Shown: positions 45,392-54,317 of the stretch, piece after piece
Layout: each line of letters begins with the position of its first letter
Position numbering within the stretch: position 1 is the stretch's first letter
DNA from: Candidatus Aminicenantes bacterium
GTDB taxonomy: Bacteria > Acidobacteriota > Aminicenantia > Aminicenantales > Aminicenantaceae
Reading direction: 5' to 3'
NCBI GenBank assembly: GCA_029882525.1
Contig: JAOUKO010000002.1
Location: forward strand, 1-60,968
Length of the DNA: 60,968 nucleotides
Program-made: the position numbers and the translations under genes
The notes under the pieces: generated by a model
Told to the model about the DNA's origin: nothing
The model's input: only the letters and a program-made list of their open reading frames with translations
Database searches by the model: none

Positions 45392-46304
45392 GAAAAATTC
45401 TCTGCTCGATGTCAAAGAATTTTTCCAGAGAAAAAAGGATTCTCTCAGGCTTAAGCCTGCTTCAGGAAGAGTGGGGTTCGCCAGAAAGCTGGCTCGGTCT
45501 TCTTTAAATATAGCCCAGTTGCCCATCCAGATATGGGGAAAGAAAGAGTTCAATGATATGGCAGACCTCTCTCCTGTCGAGAGGAAGAAACAGCTCAGGA
45601 AGAAACTGAGGGAGGATACGTTTTGTGTGATCCTTGCTGGGGGAGTCCGTTTTTTTCCTGAGGTCTTGGAGGAAGCCAGGCAGAGCGGCCTGGCGCTTTT
45701 TCTCTCTGAGCTTCCTTCAAGAAAGTGTCGCGAATCAGTAAAAGAATTCATTTCCAGTATTTCTCCAGACGTGGTCAAGATTTCTGCGGGATTGCTCCGA
45801 ATTCTGAGCCTTGGGGTTCTCATCAGAGGAGACAGCGGGATCGGAAAGAGCGAGAGCGTCCTTGAGCTTATCTCCAGAGGACACCGATTTGTCTGTGATG
45901 ATGTGGTCCAGGTTAAGAAAGATGAAAACGGCAAATTGATAGGAACAGCCCCTCGGCTGAGCCGTAATTTCATGGAGATAAGGGGATTGGGGATCATCAA
46001 CATTAAAGAGATTTTCGGGATCAGGTCAGTGCTGAAGCAATCCGGTATCGATTTAGTGATCAAGTTAAGGCGGTTAAAGAAGATACAGCAGGATAAAGAG
46101 CAAGACCGGCTTGGCCTTAAATTCCCTGAAGATTATGTGATTTTGGGGATAAAAGTCCCTCAGATCACTATTCCGGTGGCGCCAGGAAGGAACATCGCCA
46201 CCCTGATTGAGGTCGCCTGCAAGGTGCAGATGTTGCGGGGAAAGGGTTACCATGCACCTCAGGATATTGTCAGAAGACTGAATCGTGTCCTCTCGCTTCA
46301 ATAA
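45381..46304 (+). CDS. hprK: HPr kinase/phosphorylase
   Basis: GDSGIGKSESVLELISRGHRFVCDDVV and MEIRGLGIINI. Confidence 0.9.
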   Translation: MKSEKNSLLDVKEFFQRKKDSLRLKPASGRVGFARKLARSSLNIAQLPIQIWGKKEFNDMADLSPVERKKQLRKKLREDTFCVILAGGVRFFPEVLEEARQSGLALFLSELPSRKCRESVKEFISSISPDVVKISAGLLRILSLGVLIRGDSGIGKSESVLELISRGHRFVCDDVVQVKKDENGKLIGTAPRLSRNFMEIRGLGIINIKEIFGIRSVLKQSGIDLVIKLRRLKKIQQDKEQDRLGLKFPEDYVILGIKVPQITIPVAPGRNIATLIEVACKVQMLRGKGYHAPQDIVRRLNRVLSLQ

Positions 46305-46323
46305 ACCGGATAGGGGAAGGATT

Positions 46324-47181
46324 ATGAAGAGCGAAAGATTCCTCGTCATCACGGGATTATCCGGCTCGGGCAAGACCGTGGTCAGTCGGTTCCTTGAGGA
46401 CTTAGGCTATTACTGTATAGACAATCTCCCAGCCAAGCTTATTCCCAGCTTTGTTGACCTTTGGAGAAGAAAAGAAGTGGAGATAGAAAAAGTCGCTCTT
46501 GTTATTGATATCCGGGAAGCAGGGTTTGAGACCGAGTTCCTGGAGGTTTTCCATAAGATCAGGGAAAAAGTATCGCCCCAATTGATTTTTCTCGATGCAT
46601 CGGATGATACTCTGCTCAAGAGGTTCAGTGAGAGCAGGCGGCCTCATCCTCTAAAAACCAGAAAGTCCATTGTGGAGAGCATCCAGCTAGAGAGAAAGAG
46701 GCTGGCTGAAGTGAAAAGATTAGCGGATGAGGTCATAGACACCACGGATACCAATATTACTCAGCTCAAGGAACGTTTGAATGTGAGGTTTCTCAAAAAG
46801 AAAGTGGATAAGATGCAGGTCAGGATGGTCAGCTTTGGCTACAAATACGGGGTGCCTCTGGAATCGGACCTGCTGTTTGATACACGATTTTTACCCAATC
46901 CATTTTATGTGGACAAGCTGAGGGATAAGACCGGTAAGGATAAAAGCGTTAAGGATCACGTCCTGCAGGATGAGGAGACAGAAAAGTTTCTCCTCCGATT
47001 GAAAAGCTTTGTTGATTATCTGATGCCCAAATTCGTCAAAGAAGGAAAAAGCCTGCTCACGATTTCCACAGGATGCACGGGCGGGAAACATCGTTCGGTC
47101 ATCATTGCTGAGGAGCTGAAGGAGCACTTGAGGAGTCAGGGCTACTCGGTGAGAGTCTACCACCGCGACCTTTATAAATAG
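46324..47181 (+). CDS. rapZ: RNase adapter protein RapZ (YhbJ)
   Basis: LVITGLSGSGKTVV, CIDNLP and CTGGKHRSV. The ATG at 46324 is preceded by GGGGAAGG. Confidence 0.9.
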   Translation: MKSERFLVITGLSGSGKTVVSRFLEDLGYYCIDNLPAKLIPSFVDLWRRKEVEIEKVALVIDIREAGFETEFLEVFHKIREKVSPQLIFLDASDDTLLKRFSESRRPHPLKTRKSIVESIQLERKRLAEVKRLADEVIDTTDTNITQLKERLNVRFLKKKVDKMQVRMVSFGYKYGVPLESDLLFDTRFLPNPFYVDKLRDKTGKDKSVKDHVLQDEETEKFLLRLKSFVDYLMPKFVKEGKSLLTISTGCTGGKHRSVIIAEELKEHLRSQGYSVRVYHRDLYK

Positions 47182-47349
47182 ATTTATTTGTCGAATATCA
47201 GGAAAATTGATCTTTATCGGCTTGGCTCTATAAGTCCAAGAAAAACACTTAAGGTTCGATGTGGTTAATGGTAAAATGTTCGCGGTAATTATTTTTAACC
47301 CGAACTGGGATGAATAAATGACCGGTCTTCATTCGAAAGGAAATATATA

Positions 47350-47754
47350 ATGATCGGAGGACTCATCGTATCCCATGGAAAGCTGGCAGAGGAACTCTTG
47401 AATGCCCTCACGATTATCATCGGCGAAGCAGTGAACATAGAGGCCATCTCAATCGGGTGGTATGATGATGTTGAAGAGTCAAAAAAGAATATCAGCCAAA
47501 GCTTGAAGAGGATTGACCAGAAGAACGGAGTCGTTATCTTTACTGATATGTTCGGAGGAACAGCCTCTAATTTGAGTTTTTCATTTTTGAAGGATAACCA
47601 AATTGAGATTATCACGGGAGTCAACCTTCCGATGCTCATTAAATTCGTGTCTCTCCAGAGAAGCAACAACTTGAAGGAAGTAGCCAAAAAGGTTGTCGAG
47701 CAAGGCAAGAAGAATATCCATCTTGCCAGTGCTCTTTTAAGCTCTAAAAATTGA
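47350..47754 (+). CDS. PTS EIIA component, mannose/fructose family
   Basis: MIGGLIVSHGKLAEEL (His near position 9) and FTDMFGGT. Confidence 0.8.
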   Translation: MIGGLIVSHGKLAEELLNALTIIIGEAVNIEAISIGWYDDVEESKKNISQSLKRIDQKNGVVIFTDMFGGTASNLSFSFLKDNQIEIITGVNLPMLIKFVSLQRSNNLKEVAKKVVEQGKKNIHLASALLSSKN

Positions 47755-47767
47755 TCCCGTTTATTCC

Positions 47768-48037
47768 ATGGTTGAAAAGAAGATCATCATTAAGAATAAG
47801 CTCGGAATGCATGCCAGGGCCGCGGTTAAGTTTGTCAACATGGCTAACCGATTCAGCTCCGAGGTTAAAATTGAAAAAGATGGAGATGAGATTGACGGCA
47901 AGAGCATACTGGGAATCTTGACTTTAGCGGCTGTCCAGGGCTCTTCAATAATCCTGAAGGCTTCCGGAAAGGACGAGCACAGAGCGCTCAAGGTGCTTGT
48001 CGACCTGATAAACAATAAGTTTCAAGAAAAAGAGTAG
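47768..48037 (+). CDS. ptsH: Phosphocarrier protein HPr
   Basis: NKLGMHARAAVKFV (His15 region) and GKSILGILTLA (Ser46 region). Confidence 0.9.
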   Translation: MVEKKIIIKNKLGMHARAAVKFVNMANRFSSEVKIEKDGDEIDGKSILGILTLAAVQGSSIILKASGKDEHRALKVLVDLINNKFQEKE

Positions 48038-48042
48038 GTTAT

Positions 48043-49809
48043 ATGGAATATTTCAGGCTGAAAGGGATCGGAGTTTCCCCGGGAATCGCGATAGGCGAAG
48101 TCCAGCTCACTGAAAGAGTCATTTTTACTCAGAGAAAGGAGGCTCTCTCCCCCGATCGCATCGAGCCCGAATTGCAGCGGTTGAGCAAAGCAATAGAGAG
48201 GACAAAAACTCAGCTCTCTCGAGTGAAGGATCAAATTAGAAAAAAGGTGGGGGATGAACATTCTTTTATCCTGGAGGCTCATCTGCTCATGCTGGAGGAC
48301 AAATCGATGCGCACAAACCTTGAAAAGATCATCGAGGAAGAAGAATGCCGGTCTGAATGGGCCCTTTCCCGAGTTCATGCGAAATACAAGAGGCTTTTTG
48401 AGTCCATAAGCGATGAGTACTTCAGGCAGAGAGAGTCGGATATCACAGATGTGTTAACAAAGATTTATAGGAATCTTGAGGCCCCGCGCCATAAAAAGAA
48501 GATGGATGATGAGAGCGAAAGAATCATAGTGGCTCATGACCTCCTTCCTTCAGAGGCGGCCTTGAGATTGAGCCGGGGAAATGTCCTGGCTGTCGCTATC
48601 GATATGGGTGGGCAGACCTCCCACACGGCTATCCTGGCCCGCTCTCTCAACATACCTGCTGTAGTCGCTTTGCGCAATATCTCCCAACGAGTCAGGAATG
48701 GCGACTACATAATCGTGGATGGGACCGACGGGGAAGTGATTGTCAATCCTCCGCTGGCTATCAGAAAAGAATTTTTCAGCAAGAAAGAAAAATATGATGA
48801 TTACAGAAAAGAGCTGAAGAAAACAGCCAAATTAAAATCTGAGACACTGGATGGGTTCAGGTTTTATCCTTTAGCCAATATCGAGCTCCCTGAAGAGGTG
48901 AAACCCGCTCTTTCCCTTGGAGCTGAGGGAATCGGGCTTTTCAGGTCCGAATTCATCTACCTTCAGAGCACGTCCCTTCCTTCGGAAGAGGACCATTATT
49001 CCATCTATTCCCAACTCGCAAAAACAGCCGCTCCCCTTCCTGTATACATAAGGACTGTGGATATTGGAGGAGAAAAGAACCTGCCCCAGTTGAAAATAGA
49101 AAAGGAGCCCAACCCTGCCCTGGGTTTACGGGCCATTCGGTTGTCATTGAGGGACACTGACCTGTTCAAGATTCAGCTCAAAGCTATCTTAAGAGCAAGC
49201 GCTCATGGAAATGTCAAAATTCTCATCCCGATGGTAACCGAGATAGAGGAGGTGGAGGAGATCAAGATTCTTCTGCACGAAGTCAAGAATGAGCTCAGAA
49301 AAAAGCGGATAAGATTCGCTGCGAATATTCCTCTGGGTGTGATGATAGAGGTCCCCGCCGCAGCGGCGATGATTGATTTGCTGGTGAAAGAGGTGGATTA
49401 TTTCAGTATAGGAACCAACGATTTGATCCAGTATTATCTAGCGGTCGACCGTTCCAACGAGTTTGTCAGCTATTTATATAAACCGCTCCACCCATCGATA
49501 TTGAGGCTGGTCAGGTCTATCATTGAAACAGCCCAGAGAGCAGGTAGGGAAGTGGCGGTCTGCGGGGAAATGGCTGCCGACCCCGTTGCGGCTCTTGTCT
49601 TGCTCGGGTTCGGTTTGAAAAATTTCAGCATGAACCCCATTTTTATCCCAAAAATAAAGAAAGCCTTGCGTTCGGTTGAACTCAAGACGGTGAAAAGAGT
49701 CGTTCGGGAAGCAATGAATTTAAAAACGGCTCAAGAGATCGAGGAGTACGTGATTGAAAAGATTCTGGTCAAGCACCCGAACGCTTTCTTGACAAGCACC
49801 ATCCTCTAA
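48043..49809 (+). CDS. ptsI: Phosphoenolpyruvate-protein phosphotransferase (Enzyme I)
   Basis: GGQTSHTAILARSL, GLFRSEF, SIGTNDLIQY and CGEMA. Confidence 0.95.
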   Translation: MEYFRLKGIGVSPGIAIGEVQLTERVIFTQRKEALSPDRIEPELQRLSKAIERTKTQLSRVKDQIRKKVGDEHSFILEAHLLMLEDKSMRTNLEKIIEEEECRSEWALSRVHAKYKRLFESISDEYFRQRESDITDVLTKIYRNLEAPRHKKKMDDESERIIVAHDLLPSEAALRLSRGNVLAVAIDMGGQTSHTAILARSLNIPAVVALRNISQRVRNGDYIIVDGTDGEVIVNPPLAIRKEFFSKKEKYDDYRKELKKTAKLKSETLDGFRFYPLANIELPEEVKPALSLGAEGIGLFRSEFIYLQSTSLPSEEDHYSIYSQLAKTAAPLPVYIRTVDIGGEKNLPQLKIEKEPNPALGLRAIRLSLRDTDLFKIQLKAILRASAHGNVKILIPMVTEIEEVEEIKILLHEVKNELRKKRIRFAANIPLGVMIEVPAAAAMIDLLVKEVDYFSIGTNDLIQYYLAVDRSNEFVSYLYKPLHPSILRLVRSIIETAQRAGREVAVCGEMAADPVAALVLLGFGLKNFSMNPIFIPKIKKALRSVELKTVKRVVREAMNLKTAQEIEEYVIEKILVKHPNAFLTSTIL

Positions 49810-50112
49810 TCCAGCTCTTTTTCCATCCTGTTCGCAAACATAAGGTTGTTTTGGTCTTTATAATTGCTTCCTATTAATGAGAAGATTGAGATGAGGGTGG
49901 GCTGTCTCAATGTCTAAAAAAGGACCGGTCGTTATTCGGGTTTCTGTATAGGATAGAGCTTTTAAGAGGGAATGTTCGGAGCTGTGCAGCTCAGTAAAAC
50001 ATTTTTCGGTGAATTTATTATTGATTAAAAAAAGAATGAGTGAATCACTTCAATATCGGTGGGTGATGATTAGGTTGAACACCGAATAATCAGTGCAGCA
50101 GGACGTAAATCA

Positions 50113-50346
50113 TTATCCCCAAGCGCTATCTGGCTCTGTTGTTTTGATTTCGAACTCAGTCACTCGGTTGATGAGTTTTTTGTTTTTGAAATATTTTTTT
50201 ATCTCATCAGCCTTTTTCTTCTCGAATACCCCTATAAGTTGCTTGTATCCTGCTTCATCATAGAAATAGAGGACTTTTTTGTCTTTTGCCCTTTTCAGGG
50301 CCTCATCAATTTGACTTTGAAGGTCTGTTTCTTGAACAATCTGCAT
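50113..50346 (-). CDS. Hypothetical 77-aa Lys-rich protein
   Basis: ORF with GGGAGA 7 nt upstream of the ATG and a consensus sigma-54 promoter 24 nt upstream. I recognise no family. It sits in an AT-rich intergenic island. Confidence 0.5.
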   Translation of the reverse strand: MQIVQETDLQSQIDEALKRAKDKKVLYFYDEAGYKQLIGVFEKKKADEIKKYFKNKKLINRVTEFEIKTTEPDSAWG

Positions 50347-50369
50347 TTTATTTCTCCCGCGTCTAAATC

Positions 50370-50385
50370 TGCAAAAATCGTGCCA
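50370..50385 (-). promoter_or_regulatory. Sigma-54 (-24/-12) promoter, perfect consensus
   Basis: The minus strand reads TGGCACgatttTTGCA, the reverse complement of plus-strand 50370-50385. Confidence 0.7.
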
Positions 50386-50444
50386 ATTTCATCATTAGCA
50401 ATGAAGTTTCTCTGTTAGGCCTGTGATTCTTACCTTCAGCCTGG

Positions 50445-50472
50445 ATGTAAATTATTTTTGCAAATGTAAATT
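50445..50472. promoter_or_regulatory. Direct repeat ATGTAAATT x2 (19-bp period), candidate activator site
   Basis: Exact 9-mers at 50445-50453 and 50464-50472, 60-90 bp upstream (minus-strand sense) of the -24 element. Confidence 0.3.
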
Positions 50473-50628
50473 TTCTTGGCATGAACCGGATTGATTGCAG
50501 TTTGTGAAGAAGAAATCCCAACCAGAACTGTTTGGATGATAAGCCTTTTCCTTTTATTTTGCATCCCTGGGAGACAGTTGGTATCATAAATAGTGCTGCT
50601 CGGATTTTTCATTATATGTGGATAGCAG

Positions 50629-51381
50629 ATGATGAATGAAATTCCCGAAAAGTTGATTACGGCCATAAAAAAGTCTCGATATGTCGTGGCTTTTACCGGA
50701 GCTGGCATATCAGCAGAAGCCGGTATTCCTACCTATAGAGGGGAAGGCGGGCTTTGGGATAAGTATGATCCCAACTTATACGCCAACATAGACTATTTCC
50801 TTCAAGATCCCTCTTATTACTGGAATTTCTTCCGGGAAGTCCGTTATCCCCTGCTCAAAAATGCCGGACCGAGCCAGGGCCATCTCGCTTTAGCCGAGAT
50901 GGAGGCTGGGGGAAATTTGAAAACCGTTATAACCCAGAATATAGATGGGCTTCATCAGGTAGCGGGCTCTTCTTCTGTCGTGGAATTGCATGGAACGACA
51001 AGGATCATATTTTGCATGAACTGCTCTCAGGAATATACGATGGACAAGGCCTTCTCCCTATTGATGGAAGAGTTTCCTCCCCGCTGCTCAAAATGCCGGG
51101 GAAGGCTCAGGCCAGCCGTGATCTTCTTTGGAGAATCCCTTGATCCTCATGTTCTCCGTTCTGCCTATGAAGAAGCAGGAAAATGCGATATGCTGCTTGT
51201 TGTTGGAAGCTCATTGGTTGTTTACCCTGCGGCCGAGATTCCGTTGGTTGCGAGACAAAAAGGTGCCACTCTGGTCATCATCAACAAGGAGAAAACAGGA
51301 CTGGACCATGAGGCCGATTTTATAATCCAGGGGAAGGCGGGCGATGTCCTGCCTCAAATCATCCAGAGTTTAAGAGAATGA
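50629..51381 (+). CDS. cobB: NAD-dependent protein deacylase (sirtuin, CobB-like)
   Basis: FTGAGISAEAGIPTYRG, QNIDGLH, HG and a zinc ribbon C..C...C..C (CMNCSQ / CSKCRG). Confidence 0.9.
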   Translation: MMNEIPEKLITAIKKSRYVVAFTGAGISAEAGIPTYRGEGGLWDKYDPNLYANIDYFLQDPSYYWNFFREVRYPLLKNAGPSQGHLALAEMEAGGNLKTVITQNIDGLHQVAGSSSVVELHGTTRIIFCMNCSQEYTMDKAFSLLMEEFPPRCSKCRGRLRPAVIFFGESLDPHVLRSAYEEAGKCDMLLVVGSSLVVYPAAEIPLVARQKGATLVIINKEKTGLDHEADFIIQGKAGDVLPQIIQSLRE

Positions 51382-51405
51382 AAAAGCCGATGGGGTCAAG
51401 CCGAT

Positions 51406-51546
51406 GGGGTCAGGGCTCGACATTAGACACTTCAGGACCAGTCGTTATCAATAGTGGACTGAGTTAGGCAAAATACAGTTTCCAGCTATACTAACAAATA
51501 AGGCTTAGCTTCAATTCTAAATTGTCTAATGTCGAGCCCTGACCCC
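51406..51546. repeat. 24-bp perfect inverted repeat (93-bp spacer); possible terminator between convergent genes
   Basis: GGGGTCAGGGCTCGACATTAGACA at 51406-51429 pairs with TGTCTAATGTCGAGCCCTGACCCC at 51523-51546, followed by TTTTATTT. It is preceded by a tandem GCCGATGGGGTCA x2 at 51386-51412. Confidence 0.7.
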
Positions 51547-51548
51547 TT

Positions 51549-51932
51549 TTATTTACGGCCGTAATCATCTTGAATGCGGACGATATCGGACTCATTGGAG
51601 TCACCGATCCAAATTTCCATGATCCGGGCTTGTTCCTGACCGACGCAGCGCAGACGATGGGGAATTTTCCTGGAGATAAACAATTCTTCGTTCTTTTCAG
51701 GCTGCCATACTTTATCACCAACAGTGACTTCCAGTCCATTATCCAGCACAACCCAGAATTCACTGCGGTGGTGGTGGTACTGGAGGGATAGAGAAGCACC
51801 AGGATTAACGGTGATGATTTTGATGCTTCTGGCTTGTTCGTAGGGAAAAGACCGATATTTACCCCAGGGCCGGATGTCTTCTTTGATTTCACTCTTGAAT
51901 TTTTCGATATTTTTCGTTTTATAGGGGCTCAT
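51549..51932 (-). CDS. Cupin-fold protein (mannose-6-phosphate isomerase type II C-terminal-like)
   Basis: RPWGKYRSF and PGASLSLQYHHHRSEFWVV. Confidence 0.75.
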   Translation of the reverse strand: MSPYKTKNIEKFKSEIKEDIRPWGKYRSFPYEQARSIKIITVNPGASLSLQYHHHRSEFWVVLDNGLEVTVGDKVWQPEKNEELFISRKIPHRLRCVGQEQARIMEIWIGDSNESDIVRIQDDYGRK

Positions 51933-51991
51933 GAATACTCCTGAATTATTTTAAATGGTTCCCTTCCATTTTGTGAGGGTAGTTTGATGAT

Positions 51992-52052
51992 TAAAATACA
52001 CGGAAATGGCATCGCTCCCTTCAGATTTTTTACGCCATTCCCGTGTATTTTA
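51992..52052 (+). repeat. D hairpin repeat, copy D2
   Basis: TAAAATACACGGAAATGGCATCGCTCCCTTCAGATTTTTTACGCCATTCCCGTGTATTTTA. Same orientation as D1. Confidence 0.8.
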
Positions 52053-52205
52053 CCTGTACTATTGATATCCGCTTCCATCTCATTTCCTGCGCAAAAAGCG
52101 GATAGCGCGTGGGGTTTGAGATGCGGAAGAGGTGAACTTGAGTTTGGGGACCTTTGGTATCTCCCCAAATATCTAAAAAAATTTATGTTTATTTTTTATT
52201 TAAAA

Positions 52206-52667
52206 CTAAAACGGAACCTCGTCTTCGTCTTCCCACTCTTTTTCGGAAGAGGCTTCTTCTTCAGGAGAATCCTGAGGAGCTGGCTCTGACTCTTCTTCAA
52301 GCGGCTTTTCAGAGATTTCTTCCCTCTTGCCGAGAAGGATGATGTTTTGCGCTTCGATTTCTGTAGTCGACCTTTTGTTCCCCTCTCTGTCCTGCCAGGT
52401 TCGAGTCCTTAATTTCCCCTCCAGATATATTTGCTTTCCCTGGTTTAAATATTTTTCGCAGAACTCAGCTAACTTTCCCCAGGTCACGATACGGTGCCAT
52501 TCGGCACGAATATCGCTTTCGTTTGTGCTCGGATTGAAGTAGCGCTCATTCGTGGCCAGAGTGAATTTGGCGACAGCCCTTTCTGATTGCGGAAGGTACC
52601 TCAATTCAGGATTTTGACCCAGACGGCCGATAAGAATTACCTTATTGAGGCTGTTAATATCCCGCAT
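52206..52667 (-). CDS. ssb: Single-stranded DNA-binding protein
   Basis: NKVILIGRLGQNPELRY OB-fold start and the acidic tail EDEDEVPF. Confidence 0.95.
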   Translation of the reverse strand: MRDINSLNKVILIGRLGQNPELRYLPQSERAVAKFTLATNERYFNPSTNESDIRAEWHRIVTWGKLAEFCEKYLNQGKQIYLEGKLRTRTWQDREGNKRSTTEIEAQNIILLGKREEISEKPLEEESEPAPQDSPEEEASSEKEWEDEDEVPF

Positions 52668-53538
52668 CTTCTGATCTCAGCTCCTTTATTTTTTGCTGGG
52701 CGATCTTAGTTTCCTCCTCAAGGGGGAATTTGCTCACCAGAAGCTTGAATACCGACAGGGCCTCCTCTTTTTTGCCGAGTTCAGCCAGGCTGAGCCCTTT
52801 TTTCAGGTAGGCGGCAGGGATTTTGTCTCCACGGGGATGATTGAGGATCAGTTCGTTGAACTGCTCGATTGCTTCTTCATATTTTTTTTGACTGAAATAG
52901 CATTCGCCTATCCAGTAAACAGAATCATCCACAAGAGGGCTTTCAGGGAATTGTTCCCTGTACATTTTGAAACCATCGATGGCTAGTTCAAAATTTCCGT
53001 TTCGGTAATCCGAGTATGCCATGTTGAATACCTCTGCAGGGGACAGCATGGCTGAGGGGGGTGCGGGGGTTTCTTCCTCGAGCTGCTCCTCTTTTTTTTC
53101 CTCTTTGGGTTTTTTTTCGGGAGTTGTGGTCTCTGCTTGCTGGCTCTCGGGTTTTTTCTCAGGTCCTTCTGATGGTGGGAGAGAGGCTCTTTTTATGGCG
53201 ATGATCTCTTCGGAAATCTTTACAAGCTGGAAGCTCAAGGCCTCAATTTTGTCCAGAAGAATTTGAGACTGAGCCGGTATCCTTTGTTGTTCCTGCTTGA
53301 AGTTTGCCTGCTCTGATTGAAGGAGCTTGGCGATAGTCAGGAGTTCTTTCAGCTGTGACTTGATCGCGTCTATATCTTCGGCGTTCTTCTCTATATTTTT
53401 TTTCAGCAGTTCAACTTGTTGTCTGAGAAGCTGGACGTCTTTATAGATTAATTCGTAAGTTTTCTCTTTTTTGTCTGATCCTGCGGACAAAAGAGGCAAA
53501 AGCAGGATAAGAGATATCCCGACGAGCCTTTTGCTCAT
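52654..53538 (-). CDS. cpoB: Tol-Pal system protein CpoB/YbgF
   Basis: Signal peptide, N-terminal coiled coil and C-terminal TPR repeats (YWIGECYFSQKKYEEAI). Located after pal. Confidence 0.8.
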   Translation of the reverse strand: MSKRLVGISLILLLPLLSAGSDKKEKTYELIYKDVQLLRQQVELLKKNIEKNAEDIDAIKSQLKELLTIAKLLQSEQANFKQEQQRIPAQSQILLDKIEALSFQLVKISEEIIAIKRASLPPSEGPEKKPESQQAETTTPEKKPKEEKKEEQLEEETPAPPSAMLSPAEVFNMAYSDYRNGNFELAIDGFKMYREQFPESPLVDDSVYWIGECYFSQKKYEEAIEQFNELILNHPRGDKIPAAYLKKGLSLAELGKKEEALSVFKLLVSKFPLEEETKIAQQKIKELRSEDAGY

Positions 53539-53541
53539 AAA

Positions 53542-54120
53542 TTATTTTCCGATAATCTTGAATTGAGATCTCCTGTTCTTTTGCCACGCATCTTCGTTAT
53601 GTTCCAGGTCTATGGGCTCGCTTTTTCCTTTAGAAAGGATCTTTATCCTGTCAGCGGAAATCCCAAGAGAGACGAGGTAGTCCATCGTGCTTTTGGCTCT
53701 TTTTTCGCCCAGAGCAAGGTTGTATTCCTCTGTTCCTCTTTCATCGCAGTGGCCCTCGATGAGGACTTTGATCGTGCCGAATTTATTCAGCCACTCCGCA
53801 TTGGCCTCGAGAACTGGCTTGGCATCGTCCCGGATGAAGTATTTGTCAAAGTCAAAATGAATCATATCCATGTGTACTTCTGCGTTCATTTCATCGATGG
53901 ATTTTTGCAGGAAGATCTCTTCTTCGGTAAGTTCCGGCTCTTCGACCACCGGCTCTTCTTCGACCACTTCGACCACTGGCTGTTCTTCGACCACCGGCTC
54001 TTCTTGTTCAACGGGTTCAATCGGAGGTGGGGGTGGAGCCTCTTCCACTTTTTTCTTACAGGAGACTATGAAGGAAAAAACCAGTAGGAAAGCTAATGAA
54101 TAGATAGTAAGTTTTTTCAT
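53542..54120 (-). CDS. pal: Peptidoglycan-associated lipoprotein (OmpA-family)
   Basis: Lipobox FIVSC, an acidic Pro/Glu/Val linker, and an OmpA-like domain (IEGHCDERGTEEYNLALGEKRA). Confidence 0.9.
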   Translation of the reverse strand: MKKLTIYSLAFLLVFSFIVSCKKKVEEAPPPPPIEPVEQEEPVVEEQPVVEVVEEEPVVEEPELTEEEIFLQKSIDEMNAEVHMDMIHFDFDKYFIRDDAKPVLEANAEWLNKFGTIKVLIEGHCDERGTEEYNLALGEKRAKSTMDYLVSLGISADRIKILSKGKSEPIDLEHNEDAWQKNRRSQFKIIGK

Positions 54121-54186
54121 CGCAACTCCTTTTGATTTGATTTTATGCTCTCCTGGTTTTATCAGGGAGCCTTTTTATCTCCTTAC

Positions 54187-54215
54187 CTTATACAATCAAA
54201 AAGAACTTATGTCAA
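54187..54215 (-). promoter_or_regulatory. Sigma-70-like internal promoter upstream of pal
   Basis: The minus strand reads TTGACA-17 nt-TATAAG within the 197-bp tolB-pal gap. Confidence 0.45.
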
Positions 54216-54317
54216 CATGTGAAGCGAAGAACTTTATATCTTTAGTCGGTGAAAATGTTGGCATTGAGTGTGATATTTCCTCCTCATTTTGCATATTTAA
54301 GGAGCAATTTCCCTTTA

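Noticed and set aside
47182-47349. Possible sigma-54 or sigma-70 promoter, or a small RNA, in the rapZ-EIIA gap (CTTGGCTCTATAAGTCCAAG hairpin).
   Set aside because: There is no TGGCAC-N5-TTGC match. The hairpin is short and has no U-tract. The evidence is insufficient for a call.
49921-49936. AGGACCGGTCGTTATT resembles AGGACCAGTCGTTATC at 51434-51449, which suggested direct repeats flanking a cobB/77-aa ORF cassette.
   Set aside because: A 14/16 match is expected many times by chance among all position pairs in 61 kb. The flanking similarity is weak, and no integrase or tRNA anchor is present.
50629-51381. Sir2-domain protein as a possible anti-phage effector (Thoeris/DSR-like).
   Set aside because: It is a compact ~250-aa sirtuin with the classical GAGISAEAGIPTYRG, QNIDGLH and Cys4 zinc ribbon of CobB-type deacylases. 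It has no fused or adjacent defence domain.
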